Shown here one piece after another: positions 1 to 7,210 of a stretch of DNA of 24,948 bases. The notes beneath the pieces are model-generated. The model was not told the DNA's origin. It did not search any database and was given only the letters and a program-made list of their open reading frames with translations. The position numbers and the translations under genes are program-made. Source of the DNA: Candidatus Zhuqueibacterota bacterium (GTDB lineage: Bacteria > Zhuqueibacterota > Zhuqueibacteria > Oceanimicrobiales > Oceanimicrobiaceae). Every line of letters starts with the position of its first letter. Position 1 is the stretch's first letter. The stretch covers positions 1-24,948 of the forward strand of contig JAJDAE010000165.1 in the NCBI GenBank assembly GCA_029262035.1, in the 5' to 3' direction.

Positions 1-1443
1 GAAGTCGGCATCCGGAAAACTTTCGGAGCGACTAAGGACATGCTGCGGCGACAATTTCTTAGTGAATCTATTATACTCACTGCGGTTTCAATCCTCATTG
101 CGATCGGATTTCTATATTTTATTTTACCTTCATTCAATGACTTTGTCGGGAAATCATTGTCGCTGAATTGGATTACAAATGTTTGGATAATCCCCGGACT
201 ACTCTTTATCGGTTTGGTCGTGAGCCTGATTGCTGGTATTTACCCTGCATTTTTTCTTTCCTCATTTGTTCCGGTTGAAGTTTTGAAAGATCAGACATCT
301 GCTTCTTCAAGAAGATCCGGATTACGCAAGTTTTTGGTGGTAGTGCAATTTGCCATTTCAATTATGATTGTGTCGGGAACCGGCATTGTTTATGACCAGC
401 TTAACTATGCCCGCTCAAAGGAGTTGGGTTTCGATAAAGATAATATTTTAATCATCACCATTCGAGATAATATCCAGCCCTCACAAATTCCTGCTATAAA
501 ATCACAGCTTTTGCAAAACTCTAATATTTTGGCTGCGGCAACTTCTTACGATTTGCCAGGTAAGGATTTAAATCACACGGCAATGGAAATTGAGAATGCC
601 AGCGGTGAGATGCAGCAGCAAACGTTTCAATTTATGCAAATCGATCATGACTTTATCGATTTGATGCAAATGCAATTAACAGCCGGTAGAAGTTTCGATC
701 GAACCATGACTACCGATGCAACCCAGGCGGTTATGGTAAACGAAGCTGCTGTCAAGAAATTTAACTGGCAAAATCCGGTTGGTAAAAAAGTGAGATTTGT
801 TGGCTCCGAAGATGATCTTTTGGTCATTGGCGTTGTGAATAATTTTCACATTGGCTCGCTGCATCATGAAATTGAACCAACCGTAGTTCTTTTGTCCGAA
901 AAGCTCGGCGGCAAAATGTTTTTGAAACTTGCAACAAATCAGATTCCGGAAACTATCAGGTTTCTGGAAAGGCAATGGAGTGCATACGATCCGGACTTTC
1001 CAATGGATTATGTTTTTTTGGATACAAACTACTACAAACTTTATGAAACCGATCAAAAGCTTGGTCAGGTTTTCAAATATTTTGCACTTCTTGCAATCTT
1101 TATTTCCTGTCTGGGATTAATTGCTCTTAGTTCCTTCAGTACAGAACAGAGAAAAAAAGAAATTGGCGTTCGCAAAGTTTTAGGGGCATCAAGTGTGAAA
1201 ATTGTATTTCTGCTGATTAAGGATTTTTTGATTTTGGTTTTAGCTGCAAACTTTTTAGCATGGCCGGCCGCTTATTATGCGATGAATAAATGGTTACAGG
1301 ATTTCGCCTATCGGGTTGATTTAGATTGGTTAGTTTTTTTTGCGGCAGGACTAACTGCTTTTTGTATTGCAATTTTGACGGTGGGGTTACAAACAATAAA
1401 AGCTGCTTTAGCAAATCCTGTTAAATCGTTGAGGTATGAGTGA
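1..1443 (+). CDS. ABC transporter permease, MacB/FtsX family, 5'-truncated by the window edge (C-terminal half of a protein with two FtsX domains)
   Basis: The frame of the 40..1443 ORF stays open back to nt 1. It reads EVGIRKTFGATKD there, the FtsX-domain loop motif E-[IV]-G-[IV]-R-K-x-x-G-A. The same motif recurs near the C-terminus (KKEIGVRKVLGASS) followed by TM helices, with a MacB-like periplasmic domain in between. It ends in the LRYE tail also seen in the permease at 23500..24735. Confidence 0.9.
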   Translation, partial: EVGIRKTFGATKDMLRRQFLSESIILTAVSILIAIGFLYFILPSFNDFVGKSLSLNWITNVWIIPGLLFIGLVVSLIAGIYPAFFLSSFVPVEVLKDQTSASSRRSGLRKFLVVVQFAISIMIVSGTGIVYDQLNYARSKELGFDKDNILIITIRDNIQPSQIPAIKSQLLQNSNILAAATSYDLPGKDLNHTAMEIENASGEMQQQTFQFMQIDHDFIDLMQMQLTAGRSFDRTMTTDATQAVMVNEAAVKKFNWQNPVGKKVRFVGSEDDLLVIGVVNNFHIGSLHHEIEPTVVLLSEKLGGKMFLKLATNQIPETIRFLERQWSAYDPDFPMDYVFLDTNYYKLYETDQKLGQVFKYFALLAIFISCLGLIALSSFSTEQRKKEIGVRKVLGASSVKIVFLLIKDFLILVLAANFLAWPAAYYAMNKWLQDFAYRVDLDWLVFFAAGLTAFCIAILTVGLQTIKAALANPVKSLRYE

Positions 1444-1516
1444 AATGAGCTTGAGTTTTTTATGATTTACTTATAAAAAACATTTACGAGAGGCTCAGTT
1501 AGTTGCTTAAAAGCCG

Positions 1517-1600
1517 CTAATGTGATTTTTTCTTGAAAACCTTGGAAGAAAAAAGATCGATCATAACGAGCATAATAACAGCAAGAATTATTACAGACAT
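1517..1600 (-). CDS. Candidate small hydrophobic peptide (27 aa, MSVIILAVIMLVMIDLFSSKVFKKKSH), absent from the ORF track
   Basis: ATG at 1600 is preceded by GAGGTG with a 3-nt spacer (reverse strand reads ttgtGAGGTGccaATG). It encodes one hydrophobic helix plus a basic tail and ends at TAG (1517-1519). It sits in an otherwise empty 295-bp intergenic region. No homology support. Confidence 0.25.
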   Translation of the reverse strand: MSVIILAVIMLVMIDLFSSKVFKKKSH

Positions 1601-1665
1601 TGGCACCTCACAATTTTTTAGAATATAATTGAGCCATCAACTGTAATAAGCATCGGTCGTTTTGT

Positions 1666-1717
1666 CAATCATCAAAAGTAACTTTTCTAAAAAAGGCAAT
1701 CTTTTTTTTGATGATTG
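1666..1717 (-). terminator. AT-rich inverted repeat downstream of the cupin gene, possible terminator or RNA stem
   Basis: CAATCATCAAAA (1666-1677) is the exact reverse complement of TTTTGATGATTG (1706-1717), with a 28-nt spacer. It lies 22 nt past the cupin stop. The stem is A/U-rich and has no separate U-tract. Confidence 0.25.
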
Positions 1718-1738
1718 GAAGCCCGGGGCAAAACAGCC

Positions 1739-2104
1739 TCAATCATCATCACGATGAACAGTTTCCATTGAAAAGGCAGGTAGACAAACTGCGATATATT
1801 CTGCGCCTTGAGGTTCGGGTGTGCTGTATTGCACCCACTCGCCAGGTTTTATAATTACGGCTTCCCCTTTACGAATTTCCAGAGTCTCTGTTTTTGTTGC
1901 CACTTTGAGCATACCACTCAAAACCAAAGTGTATTCTTCAAACTCAGGAGTTTGGCCAGGTTCAACCCAACCGCCGGGGCTTTGCATATGTGCAATGCTT
2001 AGGTTTTCTGATTTCGAATTAACGCGCCCTATCAATTCTTTGATGATTTTGGGTTTATTGCCTGCCGCTTTTATTATTGTTGGGGATTTGATTTTGGTCG
2101 CCAT
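1739..2104 (-). CDS. Cupin-domain protein (small single-domain cupin)
   Basis: 121 aa. Beta-rich, with cupin-like segments (GWVEPGQTPEFEEYTLVLSG..., GEAVIIKPGEWVQYSTPEP). AAGGAG lies 6 nt upstream of the ATG at 2104. The gene starts 11 nt after the upstream gene's stop. Confidence 0.75.
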   Translation of the reverse strand: MATKIKSPTIIKAAGNKPKIIKELIGRVNSKSENLSIAHMQSPGGWVEPGQTPEFEEYTLVLSGMLKVATKTETLEIRKGEAVIIKPGEWVQYSTPEPQGAEYIAVCLPAFSMETVHRDDD

Positions 2105-2115
2105 GCAAGCTCCTT

Positions 2116-2727
2116 TTACTCGAGAAGTTGAGGAACCGGTTTTAATGTGCTGGGTTTTACTGTGGTAATACCCAGTTGGTCTAATTCTTCTGCCTGTTTC
2201 TCAAACTGAGAAATAACGTAGCGTACATTTCTTGAATAATAATCGGCCTCGGAAGTTGAGTCCGGCTGCACTGTGCTGTTTCGGGAAAGTCGATTTGTAA
2301 AACTAATTATCTGTCCAAGGAGTTTTTTCTGTTCGGTCAGAATAGTAATAACTTTTTCCTTGGAAATTAATTGTTGGTTCATTTCAGAGCGAATATCGTC
2401 AGCGGTTGACTTGTTTTGCTCGATGGTGATTTGTAGTTCAGCGAGCTGCGTTTCAAACCCAAGTGCCTCACTTCGAAACTGAACATTGGCATAACCGAAC
2501 GAAACCGCTGTGCCGATTGCCAAACCAACGACAATCATAATAATTGGAATAATTATATGCCCATGCTCTTTAAACCAAATTTTGCTCATCACACTGCGGC
2601 GAAACCGGCTTGAACCTTTCGTGGTGAACAGCTCCCGAATTACTTTGATATCAAGAACTTTTTTGCAATATGGACAAACGTCGACTGTTTTATCGAGGCG
2701 GGTTGCACAATTTGGACAATAAATCAT
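2116..2727 (-). CDS. Zinc-ribbon membrane protein (N-terminal CxxC...CxxC, one TM helix, C-terminal coiled coil)
   Basis: I chose the internal ATG at 2727 (MIYCPNCATRLDKTVDVCPYCKK) because AAGGAGAGGGG lies directly upstream. The track's longer N-terminus has no RBS. TM segment is IIIPIIMIVVGLAIGTAVSFGY. Heptad-like Q/E/L-rich region follows. Confidence 0.7.
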   Translation of the reverse strand: MIYCPNCATRLDKTVDVCPYCKKVLDIKVIRELFTTKGSSRFRRSVMSKIWFKEHGHIIIPIIMIVVGLAIGTAVSFGYANVQFRSEALGFETQLAELQITIEQNKSTADDIRSEMNQQLISKEKVITILTEQKKLLGQIISFTNRLSRNSTVQPDSTSEADYYSRNVRYVISQFEKQAEELDQLGITTVKPSTLKPVPQLLE

Positions 2728-2848
2728 ATATCCCCTCTCCTTGGGTGCAATATTAGGAAAATAAATGAGTGGGCGAAAAATAAACATTGTCATATTCCAA
2801 AGCAAGGAAAAAAGCTTGATGATTTGAAAGATTTAATTTAGTTGATAA

Positions 2849-5800
2849 TCAGGTTGCATTGCCAAACATATCCAATTGTGGGCGTTGCAAATGCTTGTCG
2901 ACTACCTCTTTCGGTTTTTTCCAGCGGATGACTTTTTCAGCGATCAAATTGGCTTCTCCTTTTATTCTGGATTGTACTTTGCCCACCACGGTGAATGGCC
3001 CATGCCCACGGATTACATCTGCAAATTTTTCATACACTTCCGGGAAAAAGATGATTTCACAAATGCCGTATTTATCTTCGAGCGATAGAAATTTCATATA
3101 CTTTCCGGTGACGGTTTCCTGCAGCCGGGAGGTTACGTACCAGCCGGTAAATTGTACTTTTCGATTTTTGTGGCGCTCAAGTTCCAGGGAGGATATCATG
3201 TTTTCCCACGGAATCAAGCCATCGTAAAGTGCAAGCGGATGGGCAGTAACCCCGAAACCCAGCAGTTCCAGTTCGGTGAGAATTCGGAGCGCTCGCGGAT
3301 ACGGTACGGGGAAAATTCCTGCCGTCAAGTACTCAGCCTTGCTTTTGCTGCGTTTATTTTTGAAGTAGCTCTGGGCTTTCATTAGCAGCAGAGGCTCGCT
3401 CTTCTCAAGTGAACGTAACGCCCCGCAGCGAATCAGGTTTTCGGCCTCTTTTTCTCCGGCGTGAGTCCGTTGCAGGAAATTGTAAATATCGGTGAATGGC
3501 CGTTTTTGGCGTTCCCGGACAATCCTGACTTTAGTCTTCTCCGTCAACTCAAAGACAGGAGACAAACCAACGCGGATGGCATCCCCTTCTTTGGTAAAAA
3601 GAGTATCAGAAAAATTAACATCAGGCGGTAAAAGCGGAATACCCTTTTGCCCGTTACCCAAATCAAGGCGGCGGCACTCTTCAATATAAACCGCAGTACT
3701 GTAAAAACCGCCGTGGTTATTCAGGACTGCCGTCATGTGTTCAACCGGAAAATAGCATTTTAAAAATGCTGTTTGAAATGCCAGAATGCCGTAAGTGGCG
3801 GCATGCGCTTTGTTGAAGCCAAAACCAGTGAACCGTTGTAAAAAATTCCAGACCTCCATAGCTTTTTCAAGGCTCAGGCCTTTTTTCTGTGCGCCTGTAA
3901 TAAATTGGTCGTGCAGGGACTGCATCAGTTCAGGGTTGCGGTCTTTGGTCATGGCGCGGCGTAATATATCACCCTGCGCCAGCGAAAATCCGGCAACCTG
4001 CTGAGCGATAAGCAGCACTTGCTCCTGGTAAATAGTCAGCCCGTAGGTTTCGTTCAAAACCGGTTCAAGAATTGGGTGGGTGTAAGGCACAGAGTGAATG
4101 CCGCCCCTCCGAAGAATATACTCATCTTTCAGGCCGGTATCGCCAACGCCCGGACGAATTAGCGCCACAGCGACCACCGTGTCTTCCACACTATCGGTTT
4201 GCATTTTACGCAGCACACTGCGCACGAGCGGGCTTTCCAGTTGAAAGCAGCCTAACGTTTGCCCTGATTTAATCATCGCTATGGTTTTTGCGTCATTTTT
4301 GGGGATGACCTGCATATCCAGCGCAGAAGATTTTTCGGTTTTCTTTAGGAAGTCGAATTTGGCATCGTCGAATTTTTTGTCAGATGAATAAGTCGCTTTA
4401 GGCTCTTTGAGAACTGTCTGTAATTTAAATTCATCTTTTGGGGCTGCCTCATTCCAATCGGGCACTTCAAGCAATAGTTCAAGATTGAGTTTTTTATTGC
4501 AAAGATTTTTCGGCGTTTGCAACATGCGGTAATTTTCTTTTTCCTGAGAAGAACGCTGACCATAACGTGATTGCTTCGCCAACTCCACGCAATCTGTAAT
4601 AATGCTCAACGAGCGCACACCGAGTAAGTCCATTTTTACCAGGCCAAGTCGTTCGATGGCGTGCATGTCATACTGTGAAATCACAATGCCTTTGCCGGCC
4701 ACTTCCAGCGGGGTGTAGTCTGTTAAACTGCAGGGCGCAATGATAACGCCGCCGGCATGAATGGATAAATGCCGAGGAACCCCCGCCAGGCGATGGCACA
4801 TTTTTAGAATTTCCCGGAAGGTTCGGTCTATTTTTTTGCCGCTTTTAAGCTGTGGTATGGTTTTGAGATTTTTGTCCAGCCCTGTAATTTTTGCCATGTA
4901 TGGGAATTCGCACGTCAGTTCGCCGATTTCTTCTTCGGTTAGGCCGAAAGTTTTTGCCACATCACGCACCGCCGCCCGGCTTTGAAATGTGTTGTAGGTG
5001 CAAATCATCGCGGTTTTATCCTTACCAAAGCGTTTGTAAACATAGTCCAGAACTTTGTCACGATTTTTCCAGCAAATATCAAGATCAATGTCCGGGGCAT
5101 CAGTACGCTCGGGATTGAGAAAACGCTCGAAATATAAATTGAAATGAATCGGGTCGGCAAAGGTGATACCGAGCACGTAGGAGACGATGCTGTCCGCTGC
5201 GGATCCGCGCCCAACGCAAGGGATGAATTCTCTACGACAAAAATCGACGATGTCTTTGACGATTAGAAAATAATCGGTGAAGCCCAAATTGTTGATGGTT
5301 TTCAATTCGTAATCGATACGTTGTTTTACTTTTTCCGTCAATGGGGTGTAGCAAATTGCTGCACCTTTAAGGCACAGTTCCCGAAGATGAGTGTAGGGTG
5401 TTTTGTTATTGGGTATTTCCATTACCGGGAAAACCGGTTTCCCAAGTTGAAATTCGAGGTTGCAGGCATCAGCAATTTTTTGTGTATTTTCCAGTGCATC
5501 AGGAAACTTGGAAAAGAGCTGCTGCATCTGCCAGGGCGCTTTCAGGAATTGCTCTTTATGACCTGCGGTTCGCACCCGTTCTTTCACTGTGTTTTGCGCA
5601 ATGGCGTGTAAAACTTTTCGTACAGCTAAATCTTCCGGCTCAAGAAAATGGACATCGTTTGTTGCTACGACCGGCACGTCGTATTTCCGTGCAATTTCGA
5701 CCAGGCGGTCGTTCAGGAAATCATCCCATGGGACAAAACGTTGCAGCTCAAGATAGAAGTTATCGCCAAATTTTTGCTGCATCCAGCCGCAATGTGCGGT

Positions 5801-6226
5801 GGCCTCGCCCATATTTCTATTTAAAACAAGCCGGGAAATCTGTCCATTTTTTCCACCGGAAAGTATAAGCAGGCCATCCTTATATTTAACAATATCTTCA
5901 ATTCTACCTTGAAAATTTAAATGCCCGCCCCGTAAATGTGCGGCGGTGATAATGCGGCAAAGGTTACGATAGCCTTCTAAGTTTTTTGCTAAAAGCACCA
6001 AAGAAGAGCTATCTTCCAGCGTAACTTGCGCCCCTATAATCGGCTTGAGATCATTTTCTTTGCAGAGTTGATAAAATTCAATCGCCCCGTAAAGACCGTT
6101 ATGGTCGGTTAGGGCGATTGCCTGCATGCCGAGTTTTCGTGTTCGTTCAACAAGTTGGCGAATAGATATTGCGCCATCGAGGAGACTGTAATTACTGTGA
6201 GAATGTAAATGAGTATAGGTGGCCAT
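2849..6226 (-). CDS. dnaE: DNA polymerase III alpha subunit family (DnaE-type C-family polymerase)
   Basis: PHP domain (YTHLHSHSNYSLLDGA, ALTDHNGLYG). Palm motifs GRGSAADS and PDIDLD. Fingers motif FGFNKAHAATY. C-terminal OB fold (VQFTGWYVTSR...). Start set at ATG 6226 (MATYTHLH) rather than the track's TTG at 6256. Confidence 0.93.
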   Translation of the reverse strand: MATYTHLHSHSNYSLLDGAISIRQLVERTRKLGMQAIALTDHNGLYGAIEFYQLCKENDLKPIIGAQVTLEDSSSLVLLAKNLEGYRNLCRIITAAHLRGGHLNFQGRIEDIVKYKDGLLILSGGKNGQISRLVLNRNMGEATAHCGWMQQKFGDNFYLELQRFVPWDDFLNDRLVEIARKYDVPVVATNDVHFLEPEDLAVRKVLHAIAQNTVKERVRTAGHKEQFLKAPWQMQQLFSKFPDALENTQKIADACNLEFQLGKPVFPVMEIPNNKTPYTHLRELCLKGAAICYTPLTEKVKQRIDYELKTINNLGFTDYFLIVKDIVDFCRREFIPCVGRGSAADSIVSYVLGITFADPIHFNLYFERFLNPERTDAPDIDLDICWKNRDKVLDYVYKRFGKDKTAMICTYNTFQSRAAVRDVAKTFGLTEEEIGELTCEFPYMAKITGLDKNLKTIPQLKSGKKIDRTFREILKMCHRLAGVPRHLSIHAGGVIIAPCSLTDYTPLEVAGKGIVISQYDMHAIERLGLVKMDLLGVRSLSIITDCVELAKQSRYGQRSSQEKENYRMLQTPKNLCNKKLNLELLLEVPDWNEAAPKDEFKLQTVLKEPKATYSSDKKFDDAKFDFLKKTEKSSALDMQVIPKNDAKTIAMIKSGQTLGCFQLESPLVRSVLRKMQTDSVEDTVVAVALIRPGVGDTGLKDEYILRRGGIHSVPYTHPILEPVLNETYGLTIYQEQVLLIAQQVAGFSLAQGDILRRAMTKDRNPELMQSLHDQFITGAQKKGLSLEKAMEVWNFLQRFTGFGFNKAHAATYGILAFQTAFLKCYFPVEHMTAVLNNHGGFYSTAVYIEECRRLDLGNGQKGIPLLPPDVNFSDTLFTKEGDAIRVGLSPVFELTEKTKVRIVRERQKRPFTDIYNFLQRTHAGEKEAENLIRCGALRSLEKSEPLLLMKAQSYFKNKRSKSKAEYLTAGIFPVPYPRALRILTELELLGFGVTAHPLALYDGLIPWENMISSLELERHKNRKVQFTGWYVTSRLQETVTGKYMKFLSLEDKYGICEIIFFPEVYEKFADVIRGHGPFTVVGKVQSRIKGEANLIAEKVIRWKKPKEVVDKHLQRPQLDMFGNAT

Positions 6227-6423
6227 TTTTACACAAAGTGAAATAATGTTCACCAAATATAGTAAATGAAATCTGAGAATACAAGTTTTAATTTTTGTGC
6301 TAATTAAGTTTACAAGTGGGTGATTTACTGAAAAGGGGTTACTGGAGTAATGGGAAATATTTCAACACCCAGTGCAGGTTTATTGAGGTCAATATTTTTA
6401 CGGTCTTTTTTGCCCAGCGCATA

Positions 6424-6483
6424 GGCTCGTAGTTCAGCCTTCAGGCGGTGGTGCCAGGCAAGCTAAAGCTTGAACTACGAGCC
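6424..6483. repeat. Strong inverted repeat (hairpin) with a 13-bp perfect stem
   Basis: GGCTCGTAGTTCA (6424-6436) pairs with TGAACTACGAGCC (6471-6483). Three more pairs are possible after a 2-nt bulge. It lies 12 nt beyond the stop of the minus-strand lipoprotein gene. No U-tract on either strand. Confidence 0.6.
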
Positions 6484-6495
6484 GAACTCCAGTTG

Positions 6496-7008
6496 TTAAC
6501 TCGGTGGATATTTTTCAAAAATTTTGAAGATTGCTTCCTGAATTTTTTCCGGATCACCGTCAGGGTGGCCAACGATGCCCTGTGCTGCGCCGCGCCAAAC
6601 CATTTGTTTTATTTCAGGATCGACCACGTCTATAATAATACTGCCTTCCTTGTATCGGCGAACATGGGTACGCCTGCCCCAATAGCCATAGCCGTAACCA
6701 TATCTATTAATATCGACCTTGTTTTGAACGCCCACATGGTAGGCAATAAGAGCATCGGGCTTACCCTCTTTTATGAAACGATAACCTTTGGCCTCCATCT
6801 CAGTTTCTACCGCTATACGAATTCTTTTGTCAAGTAAAGAATTGGGTGGAACTTTGCCCCGTTTTTTCTTTGGGTTCGGCATCCATTTAAAGGTTTGATA
6901 TTTTGTAAAACTGACATCCCGGTCGTAATCTGTACGCACTGAAATTGATGAGCAACTCATTAAGCCGAAACCGAGAAGTAATAAAAGTGTGAAAAAATAC
7001 TGTTTCAT
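6496..7008 (-). CDS. DUF4136-like lipoprotein
   Basis: Start taken at ATG 7008 (MKQYFFTLLLLLGFGLMSCSS, a signal peptide with a lipobox Cys), preceded by GGGAGG. The mature part (VRTDYDRDVSFTKYQTFKW...) resembles the DUF4136 family from memory. Confidence 0.75.
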   Translation of the reverse strand: MKQYFFTLLLLLGFGLMSCSSISVRTDYDRDVSFTKYQTFKWMPNPKKKRGKVPPNSLLDKRIRIAVETEMEAKGYRFIKEGKPDALIAYHVGVQNKVDINRYGYGYGYWGRRTHVRRYKEGSIIIDVVDPEIKQMVWRGAAQGIVGHPDGDPEKIQEAIFKIFEKYPPS

Positions 7009-7167
7009 TTGGAAAGCCTCCCTTACTTTTTTAGTTAACATTTTTAAGAAATTGCAAATGTTATGCCAACACGATTTCTGGTTTTAATGTAAATACAAGA
7101 GGTTCAATTTACAACTAATTTTTCTGTAGAAATAGCAGGCTTGTACGAAATGGGACATAAAGTGAAC

Positions 7168-7199
7168 ATTCCGGGATCTGTAATTTAAGATCCCGGAAT
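7168..7199 (-). terminator. Hairpin downstream of the acylase gene (palindromic, could act on both strands)
   Basis: ATTCCGGGATCT (7168-7179) and AGATCCCGGAAT (7188-7199) form a 12-bp perfect GC-containing stem with an 8-nt loop, 11 nt past the stop codon. The flanks are T-containing but there is no clean U-run. Confidence 0.45.
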
Positions 7200-7210
7200 T
7201 TGGGCAAACT

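Noticed and set aside
1455-1481. Hairpin GTTTTTTAT / ATAAAAAAC just after the first permease stop, considered as an intrinsic terminator
   Set aside because: Eight of the nine stem pairs are A-T, giving very low predicted stability, and there is no distinct trailing U-tract. It may contribute weakly but is not supportable as a feature.
4313-4573. The DnaE insertion as an intein or mobile-element insertion
   Set aside because: At ~85 aa it is too short for an intein. It lacks the Cys/Ser-start and His-Asn-end splice motifs. It is low-complexity K/E-rich and keeps the host reading frame.
5398-5868. Long antisense ORFs inside confirmed genes (for example 5398..5868, 8108..8734, 18465..18944, 22854..23345, 6448..6837, 11779..12138, 20146..20517, 24333..24707, 676..1056, 1821..2168)
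   Set aside because: Each lies fully within, and opposite to or out of frame with, a gene carrying strong family motifs. Their translations are low-complexity or Cys/Arg/Phe-rich with no motifs or RBS. These are typical shadow ORFs.
6227-6256. N-terminal extensions suggested by the ORF track (dnaE from TTG 6256, zinc-ribbon protein from 2805, lipoprotein from 7041, ATPase from TTG 22707)
   Set aside because: Internal ATG codons at 6226, 2727, 7008 and 22719 give N-termini matching family norms (PHP domain start, zinc ribbon, signal peptide, ABC N-terminus). Three of them (2727, 7008, 22719) are preceded by clear Shine-Dalgarno sequences that the longer forms lack. The ATG at 6226 has no clear SD and was chosen for the family-typical N-terminus alone.
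6424-6483. tRNA gene, because GGCTCGTAGTTCAG resembles a tRNA 5' end with a D-arm
   Set aside because: The region folds as one long perfect hairpin rather than a cloverleaf. There is no T-loop GTTCGAATC-type motif or anticodon arm.
7052-7063. Shared 12-mer TAACATTTGCAA upstream of both the DUF4136 gene (7063-7052, minus strand) and the efflux adaptor gene (21286-21297, plus strand), plus a TTGCAA-containing inverted repeat at 21290-21297 / 21318-21325. Considered as a common operator or promoter.
   Set aside because: A single 12-mer coincidence is expected by chance many times in ~25 kb of AT-biased sequence read on two strands. Distances to the start codons differ greatly (~45 nt versus ~140 nt). 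No third copy was seen.
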